64,000 nucleotides of DNA, from positions 329,994 through 393,993 of the forward strand of contig JBFXEV010000001.1 of NCBI GenBank assembly GCA_050179755.1. Direction: 5' to 3'. Position numbers and translations under genes: made by a program. Shown piece after piece: positions 1-10,130 of this stretch (within the stretch, counting starts at the first letter, position 1; each line of letters begins with the position of its first letter). This stretch comes from Candidatus Babeliales bacterium. GTDB taxonomy: Bacteria; Babelota; Babeliae; Babelales; JBFXEV01. The notes under the pieces are model-generated. The model worked only from the letters and a program-made list of their open reading frames with translations. It searched no databases and was not told where the DNA came from.

Positions 1-465
1 ATCACTCAAGCAGTAAGCCAAGAATTGATTGAAGATAGAATATCGCAAGAACAATTTAAACAAACACTCGTGCGCTTCCTTGAAAATGGACTTAATAAAG
101 TGGTATGGTGCCCGGTAGCAGAAGAAGACGTATGGAAGTCTGTCAAACAAATTTCTACACAGCTTCATAACCTTTATGAGCAAGAAATTATTAACGAAGA
201 TGAGCTTGATGATCTTTATAAATCACTTCTTGAACAATTTTGCCATTTCTTAGATTTGTGTGGCTCTGATTTATCAATTGATATCATTAATCAAATTAAA
301 GAAGACATTGAAGCTGGCGAACTAAACTTCTTGGCTCTTGATGAACAAGAAGAGTATATAGAAACTAAAGCTGAGCGGTTAACAAGAGCTGTGCTGCAAA
401 CTGAAGCAAAAGCATTTGCTCGTGGGTATGGTATTATGACTGACGTGCTCCCAAAACGTCCATAA
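1..465 (+). CDS. Hypothetical acidic helical protein, 5'-truncated by the window edge
   Basis: Frame is open from base 1 (ATC ACT CAA...) to TAA at 465; no recognisable motif; followed by a terminator. Confidence 0.75.
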   Translation: MTQAVSQELIEDRISQEQFKQTLVRFLENGLNKVVWCPVAEEDVWKSVKQISTQLHNLYEQEIINEDELDDLYKSLLEQFCHFLDLCGSDLSIDIINQIKEDIEAGELNFLALDEQEEYIETKAERLTRAVLQTEAKAFARGYGIMTDVLPKRP

Positions 466-500
466 AACTTGAAACACTCTCTATAATTATTTTGAATATA

Positions 501-534
501 AAAAACGCTTGAGTATATTACCTCAAGCGTTTTT
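501..534. terminator. Bidirectional intrinsic terminator
   Basis: Inverted repeat AAAAACGCTTGAG-N8-CTCAAGCGTTTTT between convergent genes. Confidence 0.85.
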
Positions 535-832
535 ATCTAAATGATTTTTTATTTGGATGAGCCACAACCGCAACAACAGTTATCTGGCCCTTTAATGGAC
601 CATAATACCAAAAAACACGATATGCACCAGGGTGCACATATGCCTCAAATACTTTCTGGCCCTCAGGACCTTGTAAATTGTGATACTCATGAGTATTTAG
701 CGAAGAATGCCTAAGATCTAACGCCATAAAGGCAAGCGTTCTATAAATTCCTCGCACAAGAGGCTTGCAAGACGCATCTTGCTCAAGCTCCTTTAAGTCA
801 TTATCCGCGCGCTCAGTGAATATTAGATCCAT
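533..832 (-). CDS. RelE/ParE-superfamily type II toxin
   Basis: 99 aa; LIFTERADNDLKEL start, HSSLNTHEY, VFEAYV..GAYRVFWYYG..ITVVAVVAHP; 2 bp downstream of a small acidic ORF. Confidence 0.7.
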   Translation of the reverse strand: MDLIFTERADNDLKELEQDASCKPLVRGIYRTLAFMALDLRHSSLNTHEYHNLQGPEGQKVFEAYVHPGAYRVFWYYGPLKGQITVVAVVAHPNKKSFR

Positions 833-834
833 AG

Positions 835-1023
835 CTACTCATCTAAGTATTCAGAAAAAGAGCCACGATCAATGGTTCCTTTTTGCTGTAAACCTTCTTT
901 TACTTGTGCAAGCAACTCTTTGTTTTCTGGTGCAAATAACCATGTTTGGTCTTGAATATCTTGCGCAGCATCCAAAACGATTGTAGCATCTACCACAGTA
1001 CGTTGTTTGTTTTGCTTTTTCAT
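835..1023 (-). CDS. Putative cognate antitoxin
   Basis: 62 aa, directly upstream of the toxin; acidic C-terminus WLF..ENKELLAQVKEGLQQ..DRGSFSEYLDE. Confidence 0.6.
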   Translation of the reverse strand: MKKQNKQRTVVDATIVLDAAQDIQDQTWLFAPENKELLAQVKEGLQQKGTIDRGSFSEYLDE

Positions 1024-1030
1024 ACCGCTC

Positions 1031-2356
1031 TTAAAAGTTAAAACTCATAACTGCCGTGATAGTATCACACGCAATCACGCGTTTACCTGCCACCGGTAGC
1101 TTATATATTAATTTAAATTGGGGCTTAATGAGTGCATCTGGACTCACATCATAGAGCGTGTCATACTCTGCTGCAAATAAAAGCTGAAACACTTTCCATG
1201 CTTTAAGTGCCTTTGATGAATTTGCGATCAACTCTGAATTATTATTATTAAACAACGTTACATGCGATCTGCTTTGTTTAACAAATTGATAGGTGGCAGA
1301 AAGTGAAAGCCCACGCACAAGATGATGCGTTTCAAGATACAGGTTATATTGCTGTGCAAAACCTGGATCTATAAATGCACGGTCTTTAACCAAGTAAAAT
1401 AAATCTGTTTGAGTTGGTGCTGTTTTAATGCGGCGTTCACGCGTGTTACCAAAAATTTGCCAGAACTGCACATCAAGGCCACCGCGCAATTGATTGATAA
1501 ATGGCAAACAGTTAAACCAATCAAGATCAATCCCTGCGCCAAAAACAAGCGCGGTTGAACCATCACAACCAAAGGGCACCGAAAATAAATCATTTACATC
1601 AGTTTTTATACCAGTAGGAAAGCTTACACCACCGCGTATATTCAGCGATACATTTTTAAGCCATGGTTTTCCCTGTGGAAAATCACGCCACCATTCTACC
1701 ATCACGGCAACATCGCCAATACCTGTTTTTTTCCATCCATCAAGATTTAGTGCAGGATCAAACAAATGTACTACATCAACAAAATTATTAGTAATGAGCT
1801 GACGAACTCTCACATCTTGGGGATCAAAGTTCTCTTGCGATGTTAAATCAACAATGCGCACATTTTTTAGTTTCATTGAGTAAAATGGCACAAATACAGC
1901 AAGCGAAATATTATACGGAAATACATAACGAGCATTAATACCAAAGCCACCCTTATAATCAAAATCACCAGTAAATCGCATATTCCCGCGCAATGGCTCA
2001 GTAAATGCAGTAATGGGAGAAGTAGGTTCATAAGGCGCGAGCATGCCAACTCGCTGCAATAATATTTTTTGCTCTTGATTAATTGGCGTTATGCCACCAA
2101 GCATGGCAACTGCATTATGCGTAAACTGAAACAATTGTAATGGATTAACTTTTTCACCATCGCGGTTATATGCTTTTGTATGTGTGCCAATTTCAGCCCA
2201 TCCGGTAATTTGGATGGGTTCACAGTCCCAGCGATGTGTACGCAAATTAATATCATACGGTCTAAATACATTAATACGAAATAGCGCAAATGACGTGCTA
2301 CATGCACTGAGCATAATAAGCAACATCATGCAGACTATACGTGGAAATTTTATCAT
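1031..2356 (-). CDS. Probable outer-membrane beta-barrel protein
   Basis: Signal peptide, alternating amphipathic strands (LNIRGGVSFPTG, LVFGAGIDLDW, LSLSATYQF), C-terminal Phe (AVMSFNF). Confidence 0.6.
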   Translation of the reverse strand: MIKFPRIVCMMLLIMLSACSTSFALFRINVFRPYDINLRTHRWDCEPIQITGWAEIGTHTKAYNRDGEKVNPLQLFQFTHNAVAMLGGITPINQEQKILLQRVGMLAPYEPTSPITAFTEPLRGNMRFTGDFDYKGGFGINARYVFPYNISLAVFVPFYSMKLKNVRIVDLTSQENFDPQDVRVRQLITNNFVDVVHLFDPALNLDGWKKTGIGDVAVMVEWWRDFPQGKPWLKNVSLNIRGGVSFPTGIKTDVNDLFSVPFGCDGSTALVFGAGIDLDWFNCLPFINQLRGGLDVQFWQIFGNTRERRIKTAPTQTDLFYLVKDRAFIDPGFAQQYNLYLETHHLVRGLSLSATYQFVKQSRSHVTLFNNNNSELIANSSKALKAWKVFQLLFAAEYDTLYDVSPDALIKPQFKLIYKLPVAGKRVIACDTITAVMSFNF

Positions 2357-2383
2357 AGTTACTATCCTAGATGCTTAAAATTA

Positions 2384-5300
2384 TTATTCATAAATACGCA
2401 CACCATCATCTGCGGTGACAAAAAGTGTTCCTGTGCCAGTGCTACGAATAATACTGTTCACCTGACGTGTCTGTTCGTTAAACGTAAGTTGAGAGGTTCC
2501 TGGATTACGCTTTATTCCAGCTGCTGGCACTCTTGCAAGCTCAACACCTTTATCTTCAAATCGAGCACGTGCAACCAAATGCAACGCACCATCAGTATAA
2601 AAAGTATTAATGCGATGAGCATGATTAATCCATGATCCACAATATTTCTTTTTAACATCGGGAACCAAAACTACTGGCTCTGGTAATGAGCGATCAATAA
2701 ATAATCGATTAACACTTGCGGTTTCATCAAACAATGAACACGCTACCACATATAATTGCCCAACACCGGCAGCATCATAGATGTTGACCGTTGAAGACAC
2801 TGCAACAAGGGCTGATATGTTAGCACTTGCGGATGGTAAATCAATACGCTGCCACGTAATCTGATCTTGATGCAATGCTGCATGATAATCAACTCCAGGA
2901 GCGGTTGCCACAAGGCCACGCGGCGTTGCCACAAAGAGAATACCCTGAACAATACACGCATCATTAAACACGTAACCTTCGCACACGGCGCCAATAGTTT
3001 CTGCTGTTGCTAACGTGCATACATCTTTTTGCTGGCCATTCTTTTTAAAACTATCTTTATGTAAAGGAATACGGTCAATACGATCTTCGGTCACAATGTA
3101 TAAAAATTGATCGTCACTCATAATTTTTCGTACCCACTCATATGAGCCAAACATCGTAAATGCAAGCTCGGGATTAAGCGATGCAAATGCATTACCAAAT
3201 CCTGTGGCGGTAGCTATTCCATGACCATCATTTGTTTGTAATAGTGCAACCCCGCGCGGCCCACCAATACACAACCATTGATCTTTACCATCGGTAGCTA
3301 TATGCATCACATCAATGAATCCAAGCTCATCAAGAGCCCCGCCTTTACATAACATAACATCAGGCTTAGGATCAACCTGTGCACACGCATTAAGTGTGCC
3401 ATCTTCACAGCGTAACATTACGTGATGATCACGTATAAGATTATTGCCATGCGCATCATACACGGGGTTAGTCTGTGCAATGAGAAGTTGCTGATGACCT
3501 GCCGCTATAAGATAAGACGATGCACAGTTACGCGTTGCTGGTACATCGCACAATACTTTTACACCACCAAGATTACTATCAAACTGCGTTGTTAAAAGAT
3601 AGCTTAAAAATTGCGCCGAACTTGCATAGTGGCTCGTATGACCATAACCCAACGCATATCCTGTATTTAGAACACAATTAAAATCAGGCTTTTCTTCTTT
3701 TTTTGAATTTTTCTGTACCACGGGCTCAGCAGGAACGCCGCTATCAGCAGCTTTTTTAAGCGCTTCTTTTTTTGCTTTTTCTTTTTGTTCTTCATTACGT
3801 TTTACTTGAGCTTGCCTTTTTGCAATTTCGGCAGCAGCTTTTGCTTCAAGCACTTCATTTTCTTTTGCAATAGATGGCCCGCGCCAAGCAAATCCATGAA
3901 AACGCAGCCGATCTTTATGCTCGGCACAAAGACTTAGTTTATGAAATGTTGATCCATGCATAAACATACCAATAACCGGATCGGTTGATCCTGCAGTGCG
4001 CTGCCATGGTGACCATGCTGCTATAGCCCCTTTTTCATTAATAATTGCTTGTGAACAAAAAATTCCTGGCAATTCTTGAGTATGACATGCTGCCACCGCC
4101 GCATATATAGTTTCACCAATTGCTTGCATATCAGTAACTGGGCCAGGAAGCGCTCCTGATCCAACAGTAAACGGAGCAGATTGATCATCTTTTTCCATAG
4201 GAATTGCAAGCACAAACGAAGACAGATTCTGTACGCGCTGTGCACCACCTACCGTAATACAATATTTTTTAGCATTATTCAACGTAAAGATAAACAACCC
4301 AGGCTCTTGTTGCCAAGCTGAAATTGGTTCAAATGGACCTTTATAATACATCAGATCTTTGCGCAAGGCACTCAACATACATTTATTTTGAACTACCTTA
4401 CCCATAAGTATTGCATGCTGCTCTTTTTGGAATGGATTCTGAACTTCAAGAAATAAACTGCCATTAGTTATTTGCATGTCAGTAACAGTGTATACACCAA
4501 ATTGCTTAAGCGCTTCAGGCAATAGCGCTTCTAATGATATGCTCTTTGAAACGGCTTCAGCGCCAGTCAGTGGATCAATTCCCACAAAGAGGTATTTTGC
4601 CCTTGGCTTATTTTCTTTAGTCTTTTTTTCTTCCTTTGCATCATCTGCATCTGTATCATTAGTAACAGCTTCTGTTTTTTTCTCAACCTTTTTTGGTGGA
4701 ATAACCTTATTATAAGATTTAATAAAAACAAATGAATCATTGTGCTCTGCCGAATTTGAAGCTACTTGAGCCACTACATATTCAACGCCTTCTATAATAC
4801 CACTTGCAAGGCGCAAAATTTTACCTTGCTTGCCATCTACTGGCATTATTTTATGCACATGAATAATAGCGCCGCCCAGTTTATCAAACCCAGAATAACG
4901 ATAAATGGTATCTGGCTTACTTTCAATAACAACATAAAGCGTATCGTTATAACCAACACTTATATGCTGAACTTTTTGGTTATAAAGCGGATTTAACTGG
5001 TCTACTGCCTTATTCATAAAAACTTTTTTATAAGCAATAGAAACAAAATCTCCATTTGTAGTTAGTTTAGTAAGCGCTGCACTATTATACCCAACTTCGG
5101 GAGCTCCAAAGTAAATGTTTTGATTTGCTTTTATTGCGTATGGGCACGGCATTGCATCAATTATTGCACCACCAAGCTCATATTTGGTTGAGGTAATGCG
5201 AATTTTATCGACATGAGCCGCTTCTTGCACAGCAAGAGCAACTTCATTAGATTCAGGCTCACTAACTACACGTGGTTGATCAATTTGATCATCAATTAAA

Positions 5301-5413
5301 GGTGTATTATCTACTTGATCTAATGATAAAGCATCCTGAGCACATGCTACCCCATTCAGCAAAAAAAGACCCACCATTAGTATGTGGACTGCGTTTTTTA
5401 TATAATTTTTCAT
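2384..5413 (-). CDS. Large exported hypothetical protein, beta-rich (possible propeller) with charged insertions
   Basis: 1009-aa ORF, signal peptide ending ACA-Q, two K/E-rich low-complexity segments. Confidence 0.7.
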   Translation of the reverse strand: MKNYIKNAVHILMVGLFLLNGVACAQDALSLDQVDNTPLIDDQIDQPRVVSEPESNEVALAVQEAAHVDKIRITSTKYELGGAIIDAMPCPYAIKANQNIYFGAPEVGYNSAALTKLTTNGDFVSIAYKKVFMNKAVDQLNPLYNQKVQHISVGYNDTLYVVIESKPDTIYRYSGFDKLGGAIIHVHKIMPVDGKQGKILRLASGIIEGVEYVVAQVASNSAEHNDSFVFIKSYNKVIPPKKVEKKTEAVTNDTDADDAKEEKKTKENKPRAKYLFVGIDPLTGAEAVSKSISLEALLPEALKQFGVYTVTDMQITNGSLFLEVQNPFQKEQHAILMGKVVQNKCMLSALRKDLMYYKGPFEPISAWQQEPGLFIFTLNNAKKYCITVGGAQRVQNLSSFVLAIPMEKDDQSAPFTVGSGALPGPVTDMQAIGETIYAAVAACHTQELPGIFCSQAIINEKGAIAAWSPWQRTAGSTDPVIGMFMHGSTFHKLSLCAEHKDRLRFHGFAWRGPSIAKENEVLEAKAAAEIAKRQAQVKRNEEQKEKAKKEALKKAADSGVPAEPVVQKNSKKEEKPDFNCVLNTGYALGYGHTSHYASSAQFLSYLLTTQFDSNLGGVKVLCDVPATRNCASSYLIAAGHQQLLIAQTNPVYDAHGNNLIRDHHVMLRCEDGTLNACAQVDPKPDVMLCKGGALDELGFIDVMHIATDGKDQWLCIGGPRGVALLQTNDGHGIATATGFGNAFASLNPELAFTMFGSYEWVRKIMSDDQFLYIVTEDRIDRIPLHKDSFKKNGQQKDVCTLATAETIGAVCEGYVFNDACIVQGILFVATPRGLVATAPGVDYHAALHQDQITWQRIDLPSASANISALVAVSSTVNIYDAAGVGQLYVVACSLFDETASVNRLFIDRSLPEPVVLVPDVKKKYCGSWINHAHRINTFYTDGALHLVARARFEDKGVELARVPAAGIKRNPGTSQLTFNEQTRQVNSIIRSTGTGTLFVTADDGVRIYE

Positions 5414-5591
5414 TGATATCCTCGAGTATATAGATCACTAGTTTAAGTCAAATTAGATAAAAAAACTATTGTTGAGAAGCCACTAGTTCATAGGTTGCGA
5501 CAAAACGAAATTATTTACAATTTAATAAAACTATGCTAATTCTAGTATGCCATGATTTTGAAAAATAGTTAGTTAAACAGCAAAGAACGCT

Positions 5592-7133
5592 ATGCACACT
5601 CATATATATTCCGCAACAACCATTGGCGTTTGCGCACACCTTGTGAAAGTTGAAGTTGATCTTTCTTTTGGCATGCTCCAATTCTTTATTGTTGGCTTAC
5701 CTGATACGGCAATTAAAGAAAGCAAGCAACGCATTGCAACCGCTCTTAAAAATAGCGGCATACGCCTGCCAGAACGTAAAATAACCGTTAATCTGGCACC
5801 CGCAGATCTTAAAAAGGAAGGAACACTTTTTGATATGCCCATTGCGGTGGGTATTTTGCAAGCAGCAGGCATTATTGAAGTACAAAAAGATTTTTTAGAA
5901 GAAACACTTTTTTTGGGTGAACTTTCACTTGACGGTACTATAAGCTTTATTAAAGGGGCACTCCCTATTGCCTATGATGCAAAACGATTAGGCAAGAAAC
6001 GTATAATTTTGGCCAGTGCAAATGCGCATGAAGCTGGCCTTATACAAGGCATTGAGGTTATTGGCGTAAAAAGCTTAGTTGAACTTATTGCTTATTTGCG
6101 CAACGAACAGCCAATTATGCCAACCGTATGTGATCTTTCTTCATACAGGCAAAATTCATTGCATGCAATCGATTTTGATCAAGTAAAAGGGCAACAGCAA
6201 GCAAAACGAGCGCTCCAAATTGCAGCAGCTGGCCGACACAATATTCTTTTTATTGGCCCGCCAGGATCTGGCAAAACCATGCTTGCAAAGCGATTGCCTT
6301 CGATAATGCCTCCAATGACGTTTGATGAAATATTACACACCAGTAAGATTTATTCGGTAAGTGGCAAACTTTCAAATGAACCTCTTATCACCAAACGACC
6401 CTTTAGAAATCCACATCACACCATCTCGCAAGCAGGGCTTGTAGGTGGCGGATCGTTCCCGCAGCCCGGAGAAATAAGTTTAACGCATAATGGCATTTTG
6501 TTTTTAGACGAATTAACAGAATTTAAGCGCAGCACTTTAGAAGTACTCAGACAACCACTTGAAAATAAATCGGTATGTATTTCACGCGCAACCCACACAA
6601 TTAGCTTTCCTGCATCTTTTTTATTAGTGGCAGCATTAAATCCATGCCCCTGCGGCTTTTTAGGAGATAAAAAGCGCCCTTGTTTTTGTTCGAAACTCCA
6701 AATTGAAAAATACCTTGAAAAACTTTCAGGACCTATGCTTGACCGCATAGACTTGCAAATTAATGTGCAATCAGTTGAATACGATACTATTAAAGACAAA
6801 GGCTCCTCACCTCAAAGTTCTGCGGTGCTCTACCAAGCAGTAGAAAAAGCAGTAACATGGCAACACGAGCGATTTAATAACACTCATGCATATAATGCCG
6901 ATATGGATACGCACCAAATCGAAAAATTCTGCGTGCTCACCGAACCTGCTGAGGAGCTTATTAAAAAAGCGTTTGAACGTTTGCACTTAAGTATGCGCGG
7001 CTATCATAAAATCCTAAAAGTTGCGCGAACCATTGCAGACTTGTGCCAATCTCACATGATTGACGTACCACATATTCAAGAAGCTATCATGTATCGCTCA
7101 CTTGATAAAACACTGGAACAAATGCGCTCATGA
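5592..7133 (+). CDS. comM: ComM/YifB Mg-chelatase-like AAA+ ATPase
   Basis: IVGLPDTAIKES, ITVNLAPADLKKEG, Walker A GPPGSGKT, PFRNPHHTIS, LFLDE, NPCPCG, SGPMLDRID. Confidence 0.95.
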   Translation: MHTHIYSATTIGVCAHLVKVEVDLSFGMLQFFIVGLPDTAIKESKQRIATALKNSGIRLPERKITVNLAPADLKKEGTLFDMPIAVGILQAAGIIEVQKDFLEETLFLGELSLDGTISFIKGALPIAYDAKRLGKKRIILASANAHEAGLIQGIEVIGVKSLVELIAYLRNEQPIMPTVCDLSSYRQNSLHAIDFDQVKGQQQAKRALQIAAAGRHNILFIGPPGSGKTMLAKRLPSIMPPMTFDEILHTSKIYSVSGKLSNEPLITKRPFRNPHHTISQAGLVGGGSFPQPGEISLTHNGILFLDELTEFKRSTLEVLRQPLENKSVCISRATHTISFPASFLLVAALNPCPCGFLGDKKRPCFCSKLQIEKYLEKLSGPMLDRIDLQINVQSVEYDTIKDKGSSPQSSAVLYQAVEKAVTWQHERFNNTHAYNADMDTHQIEKFCVLTEPAEELIKKAFERLHLSMRGYHKILKVARTIADLCQSHMIDVPHIQEAIMYRSLDKTLEQMRS

Positions 7134-7540
7134 TCCTTGGCATCGGTATTGATATAGTGGAAACTGAGCGATTTAAGGATTGGCATACAAAACCGATACG
7201 GCAATTACTCCGTATTTTTTCTCAAGATGAAATTGCCTATTGCCAAGAATTGCAAACGAAAAGCTCTGAGCGCTTTGCCGTGCGATATGCTGCCAAAGAA
7301 GCATTTTACAAAGCATATGCTGCTTGGCAACAAAAAACACCCGCGTTGCCGCTCATCACCCTCTGTAGCGCGATACACACTCGCAAAAATAAGTATGGCT
7401 TGCCATACTTAGTAGTGAACTGGCACGTGTTACAAGCCCCCTATGAGCCAACATGCCATATTTCGCTTAGCCATACAGACCGCATGGCAATCGCACAAGT
7501 GATACTAGAAGCACCGCAAACATACAAGGAAATACCATGA
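7130..7540 (+). CDS. acpS: Holo-[acyl-carrier-protein] synthase
   Basis: MILGIGIDIVE, RFAVRYAAKEAFYKA, HISLSH. Confidence 0.93.
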   Translation: MILGIGIDIVETERFKDWHTKPIRQLLRIFSQDEIAYCQELQTKSSERFAVRYAAKEAFYKAYAAWQQKTPALPLITLCSAIHTRKNKYGLPYLVVNWHVLQAPYEPTCHISLSHTDRMAIAQVILEAPQTYKEIP

Positions 7541-8124
7541 AGTTATTTATTACCTTTTTCGCTAGTTGCAGCCTTGCTGCCATGGATCCGACTTCGCCAA
7601 GGCTACGTCGTGATACCAATCACGCCATCTCGCCACGCTCTAGCTTAGGCGTAGCGGGAGCTCCAGAGGAGCGACGGCGGATGGATGCTCCTAGTACCAT
7701 AAATCCCAAAGCTCACCCACAGGCTTTTTTTTCGGACTTAGATGCAAGAATTCTTGCAACAGTGCAGAATGCTCAAGTAGCCTGCGAACAACACAGTAGA
7801 GACTCAATGCTTAATAATCTGGCAAAACTTTCTGAGTTACTTACACTTGCCCAAACCCATAAAGATGATTTTCTCAGCGGCTATGAAAAAAATCACAGCG
7901 CAGGCACCAAACGAACCCATGAAGTGATGCCAAGCGAAATGGAAAGCCTTAATAACGTAATGGCGTTTAGGCTACAGACGCAAAGCCTTATCACGGCATT
8001 TCAGGAAACGGCTCATGAAGAAATATCTCCCGAAGAGTGGCATCTTATGAGTAAGCTTTTTAAGGCTTTTAACCCTGTAAATGACGCTAAAAAATCACGC
8101 CCCGATTCTCAAGAGAACAAGTAA
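7537..8124 (+). CDS. Exported hypothetical protein with an in-frame palindromic insertion
   Basis: AAGGA RBS, short leader MKLFITFFASCSLAA, ATGA overlap with acpS. Confidence 0.7.
   Translation: MKLFITFFASCSLAAMDPTSPRLRRDTNHAISPRSSLGVAGAPEERRRMDAPSTINPKAHPQAFFSDLDARILATVQNAQVACEQHSRDSMLNNLAKLSELLTLAQTHKDDFLSGYEKNHSAGTKRTHEVMPSEMESLNNVMAFRLQTQSLITAFQETAHEEISPEEWHLMSKLFKAFNPVNDAKKSRPDSQENK
7582..7686. repeat. GC-rich palindromic (REP/RPE-like) element flanked by ATGGAT direct repeats
   Basis: ATGGAT at 7582 and 7681 (99 bp apart); internal 93 bp is 63% GC by hand count; hairpins CGAC-TTC-GCC-AA-GGC-TAC-GTCG, GTGAT-ACCA-ATCAC, GCTCC-AGA-GGAGC. Confidence 0.65.
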
Positions 8125-8182
8125 CCAGGCCCAAATATGCCACTTGGGACCATAACGATAGCAGGCTCCAGGAGCTTATTGC

Positions 8183-8210
8183 TTGACAACCAGCGTAATT
8201 AGCATACACT
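8183..8210 (+). promoter_or_regulatory. Sigma70-type promoter upstream of the tRNA
   Basis: TTGACA-N16-TACACT. Confidence 0.55.
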
Positions 8211-8286
8211 TGATGTTATAAAGCAAGATTTCACCTTAAAAGGATACGTTTTGCTCACATTGACTTATATGAAATAAAAATTACGA

Positions 8287-8363
<77 letters not shown>

Positions 8364-8581
8364 AATTGTTTAAGGTACCTTAATTATAAACTTTTCTTTT
8401 TCTGGCTTTTGCCATAAACTTTCTCCACTATATCAACTCAGTTATAACCCCTGTTTTGGCACTATGTCTGCATCTTCTTATAATTCATACTTGAAGATGA
8501 AAGGCGCTGTAAAAGAAATTAATGCAGTGCTCTGCATTACTAACTATATGAATATTAATCCAAACCGAAAGACCATTTTCC

Positions 8582-9124
8582 ATGTCAAATCGTCGTGAAT
8601 TTAACGGCCAACGTAACGAACAACGTGAAGCTACGCTGGACGCGTTAACAGTAGGCCAAGTTCTTAAAGGAACAGTAAAGAACATTACTAATTATGGTGC
8701 ATTCATTGATATTGGAGGTATCGACGGCCTTCTTCATATCACTGACATGGCTTGGAAACGTGTTGGTCACCCAAGCGAAATCATTAATGTTGGCGATAAA
8801 ATAGACGTAAAAGTACTTGCTATCGATAAAGGCAAAGAGCGTATTTCTCTTGGTATCAAACAATTGCTAGACAACCCTTGGGAAAAAACTGTTAAAAGTA
8901 TTATTCCAGGTTCAACTATACGCGGCACAATTTCAAACATTACTGATTACGGTATGTTTGTAACTATCGCAAAAGGTGTTGATGGCCTTGTACACATTTC
9001 TGAAGTTTCTTCAAATGGACGTGTTGACAACTTACATCACATGTTCAATGTTGGCCAAGACGTTAGTGTAAAAGTTCTTGGTATCGACAACGATAAACGT
9101 AGAATTTCATTAAGCATGAAATAA
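8582..9124 (+). CDS. Short S1 RNA-binding protein (two S1 domains resembling RpsA domains 3-4)
   Basis: GTVKNITNYGAFIDIGGIDGLLHITDMAWKRVGHPSE..RISLGIKQL..NPW, then GTISNITDYGMFV..GVDGLVHISE..RRISLSMK. Confidence 0.9.
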   Translation: MSNRREFNGQRNEQREATLDALTVGQVLKGTVKNITNYGAFIDIGGIDGLLHITDMAWKRVGHPSEIINVGDKIDVKVLAIDKGKERISLGIKQLLDNPWEKTVKSIIPGSTIRGTISNITDYGMFVTIAKGVDGLVHISEVSSNGRVDNLHHMFNVGQDVSVKVLGIDNDKRRISLSMK

Positions 9125-9135
9125 GCTTATAGTTT

Positions 9136-9181
9136 AAAAAGCGAGGACTCCAAACAACCAATTGGAGAGTCCTCGCTTTTT
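9136..9181. terminator. Bidirectional intrinsic terminator
   Basis: AAAAAGCGAGGACTC...GAGTCCTCGCTTTTT between convergent genes. Confidence 0.85.
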
Positions 9182-9212
9182 GTATTTTTTGCTCCTAATA
9201 TAAAGAAGTTGT

Positions 9213-10130
9213 TTAAACTTGATTTGCCAAGAGCACTTTGAGCAATTGAATAAGTTTATTGGTATTTTCATAGCTATTTCTCGCTATGTGTTTGGCGCGT
9301 GCAATGTAGTGTAAACAACTTAATTGCACATCTTTATTAAAAAAAGGATTGTCTAGAAACCCTGCCAGTGCAGTATATTCATCAAATTTATTACACAATA
9401 CATCGGGAGTATAGAGATTAACTAACTGCACTAATGCCGCTGTATAGCTTTTTAGTCCCTGTAGTTCAGCATCAGTAAATGCAACCGAGTCATCCAAGAA
9501 ATGCTGAACGTTCTGGAATGAAGAAGCACACAAATCTTGATTGAACGAAGATGCCATATCTATGCCATAAAAAATATCAGCCGCCTCATCATAAAAATAA
9601 TTGCTTCTACCACGGCCAGCATTACCTACGAAAGTATCTAAAGCAACAAGTGCTGGTAAATTTTTATGACGCGACATATGATATATTATCTCTCTTGTGA
9701 GACCAAGAACTTTTTCTTTTCCATTTTGACGAAGATTTAACCCTTTATATATCTTACCTTGATACAAATCAAAACGAACGCCTGGTACATATGTATGAAG
9801 TGTTGCAGGACTACCAAGATCTTTACCAATATATGTTATAGCCGCTGGAATAAGACTGGCCTGATTCAAGGAAACAGAAATAGAATGCCCTATATCAAGA
9901 GCTACCATCTCACAGACACAGCGTGCTAAGCGAGCAAAATCATCTGCAAATTTAATTTGTTTTATGAGAAACCAAACACCTGAAGTATCTTGAAAAATAG
10001 TAATTTCACAATAGGGATATTCAACATATTTGCAGGATTCTTTTATTGGCTTAATGTCTCTGTAATCAATACCTTGAACCCTACATGCACTTAGAAGCAG
10101 GAAAACATACATTAAAATAATCTGGCTCAT
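9213..10130 (-). CDS. HipA/PI3-PI4-kinase-like protein with signal peptide; catalytic Asp absent (possible pseudokinase)
   Basis: LIKQ, CEMVALDIG, LDTFVGNAGRGRSN (paralogues have N-x-DR), YGIDMA. Confidence 0.6.
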   Translation of the reverse strand: MSQIILMYVFLLLSACRVQGIDYRDIKPIKESCKYVEYPYCEITIFQDTSGVWFLIKQIKFADDFARLARCVCEMVALDIGHSISVSLNQASLIPAAITYIGKDLGSPATLHTYVPGVRFDLYQGKIYKGLNLRQNGKEKVLGLTREIIYHMSRHKNLPALVALDTFVGNAGRGRSNYFYDEAADIFYGIDMASSFNQDLCASSFQNVQHFLDDSVAFTDAELQGLKSYTAALVQLVNLYTPDVLCNKFDEYTALAGFLDNPFFNKDVQLSCLHYIARAKHIARNSYENTNKLIQLLKVLLANQV

